Source: Eledone cirrhosa
Lineage: Eukaryota
Direction: 5' to 3'
Assembly: GCA_964016885.1 (NCBI GenBank)
Contig: OZ024752.1
Location: 35,774,001 to 35,838,000 of the forward strand
DNA length: 64,000 nt
The notes below the pieces were generated by a model that saw nothing but the letters and a program-made list of their open reading frames with translations, was not told the origin of the DNA and did no database searches. Below, one piece after another: positions 10,085-24,685 of this stretch. A program made the translations under genes and the position numbers. Position 1 is the stretch's first letter, and each line of letters starts with the position of its first letter.

Positions 10085-10530
10085 TGCATGGCTTAGTGGT
10101 TAGAGCATTGGGCTTGCAATCGAAAGGTTGTGAGTTCAATTCTCGGACTGGGTGATGTGTTGTTTCCTTGAGCAAGACACTTTATTTCACATTGCTCCAG
10201 TTTACTCAGCTGTAGAAATGAGATAATAGGACTGGGGTCCCTATCATTCCACTGCAAAGTGGTCGCAGAGGTGCCACGGCAGGCAAAAAAAGCACCCAGC
10301 CCACACTGTAAAGTGGACGTGTAGGCGCCACGGAAAAAAGCCACCCAGCACTCACTGTAAATGAGGTTGGTGTTAGGAAGGGCATCCAGCTGTAGAAACC
10401 AAGCCAGAATAAGTTCCTGTATGAGCAAGACAAGGTCAGCCGACTTAACATTGCCCACAACAGGACAACCCGTCTAACCCATGCTAGCGTGGAAGAACAG
10501 ACGTAAAACGGTGATGATGATGATGATGAT
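10085..10530 (+). mobile_element. tRNA-derived SINE with RTE-type tail (family 2)
   Basis: A box TGGCTTAGTGG, B box GAGTTCAATTC, central TCCTTGAGCAAGACACTT, (GAT)n tail. Confidence 0.8.
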
Positions 10531-11399
10531 CATCATCATCATCATGGTTTAATGTCCATCTTCCATGCTAGCATGGCTTAGACGGTGTTGTTCCATTTGA
10601 TGCGGGAATGGTCGGGAGGCCATGTCTCATTCGCATGAAAGCGTCTCTGGCAGGTTTTTTTTTTTACAGCTGGATGCCCTTCCTAATGCCAACCACATTT
10701 AGAGTGTGGACTGGGAGCCTTCTCACCATGTCTCCTACGCGGCCACCTCACAGCGTGGACTGTTGTGTCATCGACACAGTGGACGGAAATATATATACAC
10801 AGATCTAATCTAATCTAGGTCCTTCTAACTCCTGTTGGAAGAACCCCTCCTTGGTTGACCTCCACTGCTTTCTGTTTGGTTTTAATCATGTCTTCAAGGA
10901 TGTAGCTGTACTCATATATATATATACACATCCAATCCAGGGCCTTCTCAGTTTGATAAGCTAGCTTTTGACACTTTTTTGTTCTGATCACACTAAACAA
11001 AAGAGTGATGGTAGAGCTGTGAAATCTTGCATGCATTAATTTCAACCCTTCTTATTAATAACTGCATTGTTTCTTTCCAGGGACTATGTTGGCAAAAATA
11101 AACCTCATTTGGTCATTCCATGAGAATATCTTGGTCAGCCTATAAAGGAGTGATGGTAGAGCTGTGAAATCTTGCATGTATTAATTTCAACTCTTCTTAT
11201 TAATAACTGCATTGTTTCTTTCCATGGACTATGTTGACAAAAATAAACCTCATTTGGTCATTCCATGAGAATATCTTGGTCAGCTTATGAACTTTTCAGC
11301 CAACTCTCCTAGGTTACAGTGGAAATCAAGAGCATGAAATGAAGCAGAAAAAATGTTTAAGGAGATAAACAGTTACTTAACTGCATTGCTTATCTATTG

Positions 11400-11822
11400 T
11401 TACACACACACATACATACACACACATACAGACATATACACACACATACAGACATAGACACACACATACAGACATAGACACACACATACAGACATAGACA
11501 CACACATACATATACACACACATATAAGCACACCCATACACATCCAGACACACACACGCACACACATACATACAGACAGACACAGAGACATATACACACA
11601 CACATACACATACAGGCACTCCTATACACATACACACGCATAGACATAGACAGACATATATAAACACACACACACACATACAGACACATAGACACATATA
11701 CACACACACATATATAGAGGCACATCCATACACATACACACGCATACAGACATATAGGCACATACACACAGACATACATACACACAGACACACACATACA
11801 GACATACACACACACAGACACG
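11400..11822. repeat. (CA)/(CATA)/(GACA) compound microsatellite
   Basis: Read directly from the sequence. Confidence 0.9.
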
Positions 11823-11895
11823 TGCATGGGATGATAATTGTTCTACAAGGTTAATGTGACAGTACGAAGAGGGGTGGGGAAGGAGAAATTGGAGA

Positions 11896-12165
11896 CACCC
11901 CCACCTGTCATAGCACCCCCACCACCACCTGCCACAGCACTCCCACCCCACCTGTCATAGCACCCCTACCACCACCTGTCACAGCACCCACCCCACCTGT
12001 CATAGCACCCCTACCACCACCTGTCACAGCACCCACCCCACCCCCACCTGTCACAGCACCCACCCCCACCTGCCACAGCATCCCCACCCCCACCTGTCAC
12101 AGCACCCACCTCACCCCCACCTTCCACGGCACCCCCCCACCCCCGCACACGGGGGGGGGGGGGGG
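11896..12165. repeat. C-rich minisatellite (CCACCTGTCACAGCACC core) ending in poly-G
   Basis: Read directly from the sequence. Confidence 0.85.
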
Positions 12166-12218
12166 TTCAAGAAATGAGGAGTGGGGGTGGAGGAGAGGGA
12201 TTGAATGATAAGTAAAGA

Positions 12219-13615
12219 GTGGTGATGGTGGTGGTGGTAGTGGTGGTGTTGTTGTTGGTGGTGATGGTGGTGGTAGTGGTTGTGATGGTGTTGGTGTTGG
12301 TGGTGGAGGTAGTGATTGTGATGGTGTTGGTGGTGGTGGTAGTAGTGGTTGCGATGGTGGTGGTGGTGGTGGAGGTAGTGGTTGTGATGGTGTTGGTGTT
12401 GTTGGTGGTGTTGGTGGTGGTGTTGGTGGTGGTGGTGGAGGTAGTGGTGGTGGAGGTAGTGGTTGTGATGGTGTTGGTGGTGGTGGTAGTGGTGGCGGTG
12501 GTGGAAGTAGTGGTTGCGATGGTGGTGGTGGTGGTGGAGGTAGTGGTTGTGATGGTGTTGGTGTTGTTGGTGGTGTTGGTGGTGGTGTTGGTGGTGGTGG
12601 TGGAGGTAGTGGTGGTGGAGGTAGTGGTTGTGGAGGTAGTGGTTGTGATGGTGGTGGTGGTGGTGGTGGTAGTGGTGGTGGAGGTAGTGGTTGTGATGGT
12701 GGTGGTGGTAGTGGTTGTGGTGGAGGTGGGGGTGGTAGTGGTGGTGGAGGTAGTGATTGTGATGGTGGTGGTGGTGGTGGTGGTGGCGGTGGTGGAGGTA
12801 GTGGTTGCGATGGTGTTGGTGGTGGTGGTAGTGGTGGCGGTGGTGGAGGTAGTGGTTGCGATGGTGGTGGTGGAGGTAGTGGTTGTGATGGTGTTGGTGT
12901 TGGTGGTGATGGTGGAGGCGGTAGTGGTGGTGGAGGTAGTGGTTGTGATGGTGGTGGTAGTGGTGGTGGTAGTGGTGGTGGTGGAGGTAGTGGTGGTGGT
13001 GGTGGTGGTGGTGGAGGTAGTGGTTTTGATGGTGTTGGTGGTGGTGGTGGTGGAGGTAGCGGTTGTGATGGTGTTGGTGGTGGAGGTGGTAGTGGTGGTG
13101 TTGTTGATGGTAGTGGTGTTGTTATTGTTGTTGGTGGTGGTGGTGTTGTGGTTTTTGATGTTGTTGGTGTTGTTGATGATGAGCGTAATGGTATTGGTGA
13201 TGATGATGGTGATGGTGGTGATGGTGTTGGGAGTTGGTGATGGCGATGATGGCAATGATGATGAGGGTGATGGTAGTGTTGGTGGTGATGATGGTGCTGT
13301 TGATGGCAATGATGATGATGATGAGGGCGAAGGTGATGGCAGTGTTGGTGGTGATGATGGTAATGATGGCGGTGATGATGGCAATGATGAGCGTAATGGT
13401 ATTGGTGATGATGATGGTGGTGGTGGTGGTGATGGTGTTGGGAGTTGGTGATGATGGCAATGATGATGAGGGTGATGGTAGTGTTGGTGGTGATGATGGT
13501 GCTGTTGATGGCAATGATGATGATGAGGGCGAAGGTGATGGCAGTGTTGGTGGTGATGGTGGTAATGATGGCGGTGATGATGGCAATGTTGGTGATGGTG
13601 GTGGTGATGTTGACG
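12219..13615. repeat. (GGT/GAT)n-derived low-complexity tract with internal duplications
   Basis: Read directly from the sequence. The long Val- and Thr-rich ORFs follow from the trinucleotide repeat. Confidence 0.9.
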
Positions 13616-14839
13616 ATAACGGTGTTTCAGCAGACTGCTGTATCCTGTTATAATCACATACTTTATTCATAAATAAAGCTACAGAATTTAAACAACACAC
13701 CCAACACAACTCACAACGCAACACATCCTGTGTTCAAATATATTTTTAAAAAATCAAAAAAAAATCAAATTTCTCCAGAACAACAGTAATTAAATGGAGA
13801 CCAACTTTACATTTGTGTTTATTCACCTTCAAAGTCTCAACAAGCAACGTTTTGTTAGTTAGAAATATAACATTTCTTCCTTGACTCCCTCCATCTTGAT
13901 ATTATAAACTGTTGCTGTCAAACTTATAACTTGTGTACTTGACTTATAACCTACATAAAATAGCACACGACGACACCATACAGACATGCTGGTGTGCTGA
14001 ACAAACCAGACATTAAAACAGGATGCATAATAATGTGATATATGCAAACGATTCTCTGGTGTTCTTTAAATTTTAGTTGCGATTTATATTATATATCCTA
14101 TCCTATATCCATCCTCAATTTAAAGGAACATTTTCCTTTCACTCTTAACGTCCTGTACCACATGAAACTGCATTAGCAAGACATTCTTGAAAACTACAAA
14201 ACAACACTATGACTACATTACATAATACTGCAAATTTTCACAATTGAAAAGTACAAAACAGCACTACAACTGTAACACATTAAAAAATCTTTATATATTA
14301 GACTCTAATACTGCAAATTTTCAGAATTAAAAAGTACAAAACAACACTATAACTACATCACATTAAAAATTAGACTCTTTACTCTAATACCGCAAATTTT
14401 CACAATGATTTGTCCACCAGTAAAGATACTAGAAACATTTAAATTAACAAAACTACTTTTAGACATTTTCTATTAATCAATCATTATAGAATATTAAGGG
14501 TTAAAGTGATAGCAAACTGTTCTACGGATTTCATCATCCAAATTTGAAAATAATCAAGGTATTTAGAGGGATTTAGTAAAATAACTTCCTCGTTATTAAG
14601 CTGGTGTGGTGGATTGGCAGTATCACTAGAGAATAGGACAACGTGCTTAGCAGCATATTGTTACAACTCTTCAAATTCTGATTTCAAATCCTGCTAAGGT
14701 TAGCTTTGCCTTTCATCCTTGCAGGATTGATAAAATAAAGTACCAGTAATGCACTGGGTTGATTTAATCAATGTTCCCTTCGACCAAATTTGTTGGCCTG
14801 ATGCCTAAATCAGAAACCATTATTAAACTGGCACTTAAT

Positions 14840-15030
14840 AGGCGGTGGATTGGCAGTATCGGTACAGAGTCGGACACCATGCTTTGAAGCATAGAGTTAC
14901 CTCCCTTTATGATCTGAGTTCAAATCCCGCCGAGGTTAACTTTGCCTTTCATCCTTACGGGGTCGATAAAATAAAGTACCAGTAATACACTGGGTAATTG
15001 CTGGCCTTGTGCCAAAAGTAGAAACAATTA
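14840..15030 (+). mobile_element. tRNA-derived SINE (family 1) with target-site duplication
   Basis: TGGCAGTATCGGT A box, GAGTTCAAATCC B box, GCCTTTCATCCTTACGGGGTCGATAAA core. TSD ATTATTAAACTGGCACTTA. Confidence 0.85.
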
Positions 15031-15117
15031 TTAAACTGGCACTTAGAACATAATAAAGGAAAGGTCTTTTTAAAAATTATGATGGAAGGTTTGTTTTTGT
15101 CTTATAAATATAACACT

Positions 15118-15344
15118 TAATCCTTTAGCATTTAAATTACTCTATATATACTATTGTATTTTCGCAGTAAAGGCTTTATCTTACATACTATCTTGTATAA
15201 TATTAAATCTATGTGATTTTGATATTATTTACTTTGAGAACAATACCGTAACCTAAGCATGAGTGGCTAGTTACAGCCAGTTTGAACAGAAAGAGGTGAG
15301 GGAATTCTGGCTGGATATGGCCGGTTTAAATGCTAAAGGATTAA
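15118..15344. mobile_element. piggyBac-type MITE
   Basis: TTAATCCTTTAGCATT...AATGCTAAAGGATTAA. Confidence 0.75.
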
Positions 15345-15873
15345 AAGAAAATAGCTTAGAACCAGTATCAGAACTGGGAGTGGTGCCATGCAGTTTGGTA
15401 TCAAAATGGTTAAGGGAGTAGTTTTCCACTCTAGATTCTCAGATACTGCATTTGTTATATACCACAATATATAGTTTGGTGTGTGTAATGGCTCTAGTTT
15501 AAATGATTTTATTCAAAGACAATATGAAAATGAACAAGCAGGTTTTTAAGGGGTAGAAAAGCTTGCCTTTTGCTTTGCAGCTGTTGAATTGTATATATGT
15601 ATCTATGTACCTTAAAACTACACCATTTATAAACTGTACAGGAGTTTAAGATACTGAAAGCCTAGCTTAACATGCTACAGCAGGATAACTGGTTATATTT
15701 TTTATACTACTTTAAGAAGATCAAACTGTAAAAGGAGACATCTACAAAGCAACAATAGGTAATGTAGAGCAGTAAGTGGCTCTTAAAACAAGATAACACA
15801 AACACGTTCTTACTTGCACTTGCTAAGTTGTATACCCAGCCTTATTATATTGAGAACAATGAGGAACAGCAGC

Positions 15874-15924
<51 letters not shown>

Positions 15925-16800
15925 GACAGTAGCAGCAGTAACAGTTATTGTCTTCATGTAATCAACATCTTAAAACCTATTTATTGATACTTCTTAACAC
16001 AAGAGGTTAGTGTCCCCGATATAATGATGACAGAACGTAAGTGATATAACAGACCCCCAGCCTGTCTAGGGGGTCAGTAGCCCCGCTTCAGTACTGACTT
16101 GGTCTATGTAGAATCATCCAACCCTTGCTAACAGGGAAAGCAGACGTTAAATGATGATGATGATATCTATAACATATCTAGTCACATTGTGTAAACTAAA
16201 CACAATTTTTTTACATTTGAACCTTGTTTAAAGTCTAGTATATTCCATTAAATCTAACTTTAATCATCATCATCATCATCACCACCATTTAACGTCCATT
16301 TTTCCACACTAGCATAAGTTATATGGGTTGTCATATTGTGAGACAAGTCAGATCAGATGACCATGTTTTTCTCATACAGAACTGTTTGGGGCTTGGTTTC
16401 TACGGCTGGATGTCCTTCCAAATGCCAATCACATTTACACCATAGACTGGGTGCTTTTTCTCGTGGCACCAAAACGACCACCTTAAATGGTGAGCCAGTT
16501 GGTTTTTGTCATATCACTTTACAGGGTAGACTGTTTTTTATCATGACACCAAAACAACCAACTGACAGAGTGGACTGGGTGCTTTTTGTCATGTTACCAT
16601 CAGAGTCACTTTACAGGGCGAACTGGGTGCTTTTTATTGTGTCATCGAATATATTTTGATGTGTATGAAAAAAAAACGATGTTTTCATGTATTCTATATA
16701 TCATTCCACCAGTTGAAAACTGAAATAATTTTTTTCTCATATTTCCAGCATACTTCTGATCAAATATGTACATCAAGCTACAACGAGAAATTCTGCTTAC

Positions 16801-16890
16801 CTTAAATAGAGCAGCCACAAATATAGTTAGATAGTACAATACAACACTGAACGGAGAACAAGATGAACTATAATTCACATTCTATCTAAG
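16801..16890 (-). other. Candidate non-coding or 5' UTR exon
   Basis: Acceptor cttttatcag, donor AAG/GTAAGC, stops in all three frames. Confidence 0.35.
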
Positions 16891-18336
16891 CTGATAAAAG
16901 ATGCAATGGTATAATTAATAGCCAGAGCAAATTAGAAGCAGCAGGGGATTAAAATTACTTAATCCACTTAAAAATTACCAAATGTTTATTTAATAATTCA
17001 CTCCACAAAAAAAAGACCAGTGAAACAGGTCATAACAGAAATTTCAGTTTAAATATTTTAAAAGTTAATAAAAAAAAACTTAAGAAATAAATATTCCAGA
17101 ATAGCTGTTAAATATATTTTTAAAGCTTTCTTAAAATATCTAACAGAAGGTAACTTTTGTTACAACTTCAAAAATATATACGAGAGAATGAAAGATAAGC
17201 TAGCTAGTGTTATTAACTACTGTAAATCCTAATCGGTGAATAGATTATTGAAAATAAAAGCTACTGTAGATAAATACGCTTTGCATCATAAAGAGAGAAG
17301 AAAATAAAACATAGGGTAAAAATATTTTTGAAAAATACATATTAAAATAAATCAGTTTAAATATAAGAATTTGCGGCTTATAGTTTAGTTTAAGTGTGTA
17401 GTTATTGATATTTGTATATTATATAGTATGTAGTTATTAATATATGTTCAATATACAGTATATAGTTATTGATATATGTTCAATATACAGTATATAGTTA
17501 TTGATATATGTTCAATATATAGTATCATCATCATCATCATTGTCATTTTAATGTCCACATTTTAATGTCCACTGCTAGCAAGGGTTGGGTGGGTCTATGT
17601 AGACCAAGTCAGTACTGAAGCAAAGCCATTGATCTCCCAGGCAAGCCAGGGACCTGTACACTTTAGTACAGTCTCACATTCCATCGAGTGATCAGGACAG
17701 GTTGTCATGCCTTAGACACAACTAAGGGTCCTCCCTACCCTTTTTTCGGCAAGATTTCTACAGTTGGATATCCTTCCTAACACCAACCACTTTACTTTGT
17801 GTACTGGGTGCGTTTATCATGTAGAATCACAAACACTAGGAAGGTTGCTATGCCCTTGACACGACTGAAGGATCCTCTCAACCCTTTGCCTAACAGGTTT
17901 ATGTACAATATATAGTATGTAGTTCTTAATTTATGTTCAATATATGGTATGTAGTTGTTAATATCATCATCATCATCATCACCGTTTAACGTCTATTTTC
18001 ATGTTCAATATATGGTATGTAGTTGTTAATATATGTTCAATATATATGTAGTTGTTAATATATGTTCAATAATTAAGATTTATAGCCTACAAGGGTACAA
18101 AGAAGCCAAAGTACTGATTGCCAGTAAGCCAATTAACCATTAACACATATATCTATCAGTCTGACCATGATAAGGTGAGTGATAAGGAAGTGTCAATACA
18201 GCTGAGGCTGAGTAAATATGACGAGGTATTTTTGTTTGACGCCCATGTTTATTAGCTTATTAGGTATACACCTGCGCACACATGTACAAACACCTGTATA
18301 TACACACACACACCTGTATATACACACACACACCTG

Positions 18337-18393
<57 letters not shown>

Positions 18394-18489
18394 GTACACA
18401 TCAGTGCACACACCTGCACATCATGACCATCATTATAAGTAATTAGGATGAGAAGATAGTATAGAAGGGAATAATGGAAGAGAGAGAAG

Positions 18490-20935
18490 CCGTGGTGGTA
18501 GGGTGTGGTGGTAAAGAGGGTGTGGTGGTAGAGAGACAGTGATGGAAGGGTGTAATGGTAAAGAGGGTGTGGTGGTAGGGTGTGGTGGTGGTAGAGAGAC
18601 AGTGGTGGTAGGGTGTGGTGGTAAAGAGGGTGTGGTGGTAGAGAGACAGTGATGGAAGGGTGTGGTGGTAGAGAGACAGTGGTGGTAGGGTGTAATGGTA
18701 AAGAGGGTGTGGTGGTAGAGAGACAGTGATGGAAGGGTGTAATGGTAGAGAGACAGTGGTGGTAGGGTGTGGTGGTAGAGAGACAGTGGTGGTAGGGTGT
18801 AATGGTAGAGAGACAGTGGTGGTAGGGTGTGGTGGTAGAGAGACAGCGGTGGTAGGGTGTAATGGTAGAGACAGTGATGGTAGGGTGTAATGGTAGAGAC
18901 AGTGGTGGTAGGGTGTAATGGTAGAGAGACAGTGGTGGTAGGGTGTAATGGTAGAGAGACAGTGGTGGTAGGGTGTGGTGGTAGAGAGACAGTGGTGGTA
19001 GGGTGTAATGGTAGAGAGACAGTGGTGGTAGAGAGACAGTGGTGGTAGGGTGTGGTGGTAGAGACAGTGATGGTAGGGTGTAATGGTAGAGACAGTGGTG
19101 GTAGGGTGTAATGGTAGAGACAGTGATGGAAGGGTGTAATGGTAGAGACAGTGATGGTAGGGTGTAATGGTAGAGAGACAGTAGTGGTAGGGTGTAATGG
19201 TAGAGACAGTGTTGGTAGGGTGTAATGGTAGAGACAGTGATGGTAGGGTGTAATGGTAGAGAGACAGTGGTGGTAGGGTGTGGTGGTAGAGACAGTGATG
19301 GAAGGGTGTAATGGTAAAGACAGTGATGGTAGGGTGTAATGGTAGAGAGACAGTGGTGGTAGGGTGTGGTGGTAGAGACAGTGATGGAAGGGTGTAATGG
19401 TAGAGACAGTGTTGGTAGGGTGTAATGGTAGAGAGACAGTGGTGGTAGGGTGTGGTGGTAGAGACAGTGATGGAAGGGTGTAATGGTAGAGACAGTGATG
19501 GTAGGGTGTAATGGTAGAGAGACAGTGGTGGTAGGGTGTAATGGTAGAGACAGTGATGGAAGGGTGTAATGGTAGAGACAGTGATGGTAGGGTGTAATGG
19601 TAGAGAGACAGTGGTGGTAGGGTGTGGTGGTAGAGACAGTGATGGAAGGGTGTAATGGTAGAGACAGTGGTGGTAGGGTGTAATGGTAGAGACAGTGATG
19701 GAAGGGTGTAATGGTAGAGAGACAGTGGTGGTAGGGTGTGGTGGTAGAGAGGCTGTGGTGGTAGGGTGTAATGGTAGAGAGGCTGTGGTGGTAGGGTGTA
19801 ATGGTAGAGACAGTGGTGGTAGGGTATAATGGTAGAGAGGCTGTGGTGGTAGGGTGTAATGGTAGAGAGACAGTGGTGGTAGGGTGTAATGGTAGAGAGA
19901 CAGTGGTGGTAGGGTGTAATGGTAGAGAGACAGTGGTGGTAGGGTGTGGTGGTAGAGAGGCTGTGGTGGTAGGGTGTAATGGTAGAGAGACAGTGGTGGT
20001 AGGGTGTAATGGTAGAGAGACAGTGGTGGTAGGGTGTAATGGTAGAGAGACAGTGGTGGTAGGGTGTGGTGGTAGAGAGGCTGTGGTGGTAGGGTGTAAT
20101 GGTAGAGAGACAGTGGTGGTAGGGTGTAATGGTAGAGAGACAGTGGTGGTAGGGTGTGGTGGTAGAGAGGCTGTGGTGGTAGGGTGTAATGGTAGAGAGA
20201 GACAGTGGTGGTAAGGTGTGGTGGTAGAGAGAGGCTGTGGTGATAGGGTGTGGTGGTAGAGAGGCTGTGGTGGTAGGGTGTAATGGTAGAGACAGTGGTG
20301 GTAGGGTGTGGTGGTAGAGAGACAGTGATGGAAGGGTGTAATGGTAAAGAGGGTGTGGTGGTAGGGTGTAATGGTAAAGAGGGTGTGGTGGTAGAGAGAC
20401 AGTGATGGAAGGGTGTAATGGTAAAGAGGGTGTGGTGGTAGGGTGTAATGGTAAAGAGGGTGTGGTGGTAGAGAGACAGTGGTGGTAGGGTGTAATGGTA
20501 AAGAGGGTGTGGTGGTAGGGTGTAATGGTAGAGAGTCTGTGGTGGTAGGGTGTAATGGTAGAGAGGCTGTGGTGGTAGGGTATAATGGTAGAGACAGTGG
20601 TGGTAGGGTGTAATGGTAGAGAGAGACAGTGGTGGTAAGGTGTGGTGGTAGAGAGAGGCTGTGGTGATAGGGTGTGGTGGTAGAGAGACAGTGGTGGTAG
20701 GGTGTAATGGTAAAGAGGGTGTGGTGGTAGGGTGTAATGGTAGAGAGACAGTGGTGGTAGGGTGTGATGGTAGAGACAGTGGTGGTATGGTGGTGTAGAG
20801 ACAGTGGTGGTAGGGTATGGTGGTGTAGAGACAGTGGTGGTAGGGTGTGGTGGTAGAGAGACAGTGGTGGTAGAGAGAGACAGTGGTGGTAGGGTGTGAT
20901 GGTAGAGACAGTGGTGGTAGAGAGGCTGTGATGGT
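18490..20935. repeat. Minisatellite of about 28-30 bp (GGTAGAGAGACAGTGGTGGTAGGGTGTAAT)
   Basis: Array of about 2.4 kb read directly from the sequence. Its ORFs are artefacts. Confidence 0.95.
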
Positions 20936-21309
20936 AGATACATGTTTGCAGAATGAAAAATAAATAGTAAGAGAGATGGGTGATCATAAATGTTAGTGAT
21001 AGATGTCAATAATATGCAACCCTTGCTACCAGGGAAAGCAGCCATTAAACAATGATGATGATGATGATGAAGATTACGATGACCACTCCAAAAGACAGTC
21101 AAATTAGCCCCCTCCCCCTATTTCATTGCTGCTGAGAATATGAAAGAAGTGGGCCAAATTTTGATGTGCTAACACAGTCACTGTCAAAAACTAAAGCGAG
21201 AAACCAAACCTACAATTAGTTGTTGAAAGACAATAGAAAGATGACCAGGTTACACTCTTCCTGAGTATACACTACATACAATGAGTAATGGTAATAGCCA
21301 GGGAAATAT

Positions 21310-21830
21310 CTATTTATTTATTTAATTTAAACGTCCGTATAGAGCTAGTAAGCCGTGGCTGACTAGGGGAAGTGTCTAGTACTTCATACAGCTGAGAAAC
21401 AAAACAAAAAAAAAAACAAGATAAACAGAGATATGTGAATATAAAAATGAAAATATAAATCAATTTAAACGTCCGTATAGAGCTAGTAAGCCATGACAGA
21501 TTAGGGGAAGTATCTAGTACTTGTTACAGTTGAGATACAGAAAACAATATAGACAGAGGTAAGTGAATATAAATCAATTTAAACGTCCGTATAGAGCTAA
21601 TAAGTCATGAAAGACTAGGGAAAGTAAATAGGACTTCTTACAGTTGAGAAACAAAACAAACAAAAAAACAAGATATACAAAGATAAGTGAATATAAATCA
21701 ATTTAAACGTCGGTATAGAGATAATAAGCCATGAAAGACAGGGAAAGTAAATAGGACTTCTTACAGTTGAGAAACAAAACAAAAAAACAAGATATACAAA
21801 GGTAAGTGAATACAAAAATAAACAATAAAA
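21310..21830 (-). repeat. Four tandem diverged copies of a retroposon-like 3' end with (TAAA)n-type tail
   Basis: AAACGTC(C/G)GTATAGAG occurs four times. A dispersed copy lies at about 52535-52670. Confidence 0.65.
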
Positions 21831-24329
21831 TAATTTAAATAAGGAAAGCCAATTGGGTGGGGAGAGGCAAAACAAGCATAAAAAAAGATAAAGAAAAAAA
21901 ACTCTATCACTAATTATACCATTTAAATAAGAGAACTTATCTCTTACTTCCATTCCAGCAGTTCAGTCTTCATTTCTATCTCATTACACCTTTTGTGTAC
22001 CTTCTGTTACTATTGACTATATAGCAGTGAATTATTATCTACTTGGGAAGGTGTGTGGCTTTGTGGTTAGAGAATTGGATTCGCAATCGTGAGGTTGCAA
22101 GTTTGATTCCCAAACCAGGCGATATGTTATATCTTTGAGGAAAACACTTTATTTCATGTTGCTCTTTCTGCCAGGAGTTGCGACTGGTAGATAGTTAATA
22201 GCATCAGCAATAGAAAGACCAATGGAAACATTGTTTCCTTGATTCAATAAGCGAATGGGATCTGGGATTTTGTAGATCATTTAAAAAAAAAAAAAATGAT
22301 CTACTGCTTTCTTGTAAGCTTATCAGTTCTTAGCTTCCTTGGCAGTTGTTTACCTACATATATAATATCTCACACTGTGCCTAATAACTGACCTAAATTA
22401 CACACACACCCTGCTCCAACTCAACTATCTCACAGTAATTTTACTGTGAATCTTTCTACTTCTTAACTTGCTCTAGCAACTTGAGGCCTCTCTAATTTCC
22501 CTTGTAACACATATCTTTTACTTTCAGAGCAATTGACAATGCTGCAGCTAGAGATAACACAGAGTGTGTAGCTCGGGGATCAAAGAGTCACTGCAGGTAG
22601 AGCCACTACTGTTCCGAATTGAGAGTGATACTACAGGCATGTAGTTAGAATGTCTCAGAAAGGAATCACTAGACAGATTTGATAGGCAAAACTAAAATAT
22701 CCTGATAACTTCAGCAAGTGTCACTGACAAACAGAAAGCTCTTTCTGTCTGTATGATTTTTATCATCATCATCACTCGACATCCGCTTTCCCTGCTCACA
22801 AGGGTTGGACAGGTCTACATAGACTAAGTCAGTACCGAAGTGGGGCTACTGACCTTACAGATAGGTTGAAGGGTTTGTATCCTGCCTAAGTACAGTCATA
22901 TTGAGTGTAGATAAGTTGTCGTGTATTTTGCACTCCCTACAACTTCAGAAGTTACAGGACCATGCATGCAATGTAATACAACTGCTGACTCTCTGGTACT
23001 TAAAATCAGCTAACTAATCAAAGCTCCACCAATTCTATGTTGACTACCCTTAGCTGTAAACATACTGGACATCTGATCCTTTCAAGACAGCAAAGCAGGT
23101 GATCAAAACCATTCCCCTGGGTATGATGTCTCTAGTACATCCCTCACACAACCCAAACTCCTAAAGTAATTCATTCACAGCTGTGCTGCAATAGCGCAAA
23201 TGAAGTATACTAACTACAAAACCTGGATGAAATCAGTAGTACTGACTGAGAAATGTTTACTCACCACTTGAGACAACCAATAGAAAATTAAAAGATGTTT
23301 TCATATACAGTATGGCCAGTAAGCACTTATTCTCAATTGCAACTAGGCCTTCAAGTTCCTTGTCCTGGCCTCTACAAGCTTAGCAGAATCCTTCTATCCA
23401 CCACTTCTCAAACAAGATGCTTCTTAAATTGTTGACTTGCTAATAAAGTTGTAGGACTTGTGCCAGATTTAGTTTCAAATTCATACTGTATACACTCAAT
23501 AAAGCTCACAAATTCAATATTTATCCTTCAATTAATCTCAAAGTTTGCTCTAGAGCAAGTTCCTATAATTGCAAAACTCCTTAACAAGCCTTCCACTGCT
23601 AATGGGCTTAAGCCCTTCCAATAATGTGGAAAATTATTTGTTTCAATATACTTGTGTTTTGGTTTTTACTAGATTGATTTTCTATTGATTCTAAATATGC
23701 TAGTATGATCATGTTTTTAATTTCTTTCTTAGTCTTGTATTGATGATAAAAAAAAGTGTGAGCTAATAATATTACACATGTACAGTATATATACCGAGCC
23801 ACCCCCACCCCCACCCCAGCCCCACGATCCCAAAACTGTAACAGAAGCTCTGTTTAATCTTTTACTCATTATGAGAATGCCCCATTCTCTGACCCTAGCT
23901 TCAATCAAACAATCATGTTCACTTGCTCACCATCAATCTCTCTCCCTTCCCACCAACCACAAAGATTTGGAACATGCACTCCTACATCACACCCAGTACA
24001 CTCTGTAAAATAGTTGATGATAGGAAGGACATCTAGTCATAGAAAATCTGCCCAATAAAGGATCGTGAGGAGTCTCCTTTTGTGTCAAAGACATGACAAC
24101 CTCCCTAGTACTGGTGACATGATAAAATGCACTCAGTTGAGTGCAGGAACATATGTGAAAAGATGCAGGTCCTCGACCCATCTGAGGTATGTAGCCCTAC
24201 TTCAGTGCTCACGAATCAATAACAACCTATTCAAACTTTGCTAGCAGGAAAAAACAAACATTAAACAATGATGATTACAATGATCATCAGAGACAGAGAT
24301 ATAAAATAGAAGTGTTAATTATAATTCAA

Positions 24330-24685
24330 CCATGTTTTCTAATGAAAGACACTGTCTGTCATTAACCCTTTCATTACCATATTTTCAATGAAAGACACTA
24401 CCTATGTTTTAACCCCTTCGTTACCATATTTTCAATGAAAGACACTACCTATGTTTTAACCCCTTCGTTACCATATTTCTAATGAAAGACACTGCCTATG
24501 TTTAACCATTTCATTACCATATCTCTAATGAAAGACACGACCTATGTTTAACAATTTTCATTACCATATTTCTAATAAAAGACACTATCTATGTTTAACC
24601 TTTTCATTACCATATTTCTAATAAAAGACACTACCTATATTTAACATTTTCATAACATTATTTCTAAAGAAAGATACTGTCTATA
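24330..24685. repeat. Tandem repeat of about 48 bp (TTACCATATTTCTAATGAAAGACACTACCTATGTTTAACC)
   Basis: About 7 copies, read directly from the sequence. Confidence 0.85.

Noticed and set aside
12167-13724. Mucin-like Thr/Pro/Ser-rich or His-rich ORFs
   Set aside because: They arise from a (GGT/GAT)n tract open in several frames, with frame switches and no recognisable domain or convincing splice context.
18252-21102. His/Pro/Thr-rich ORFs of about 900 aa
   Set aside because: Minisatellite lacking stops on the minus strand. Mixed 28- and 30-bp units cycle the frames.
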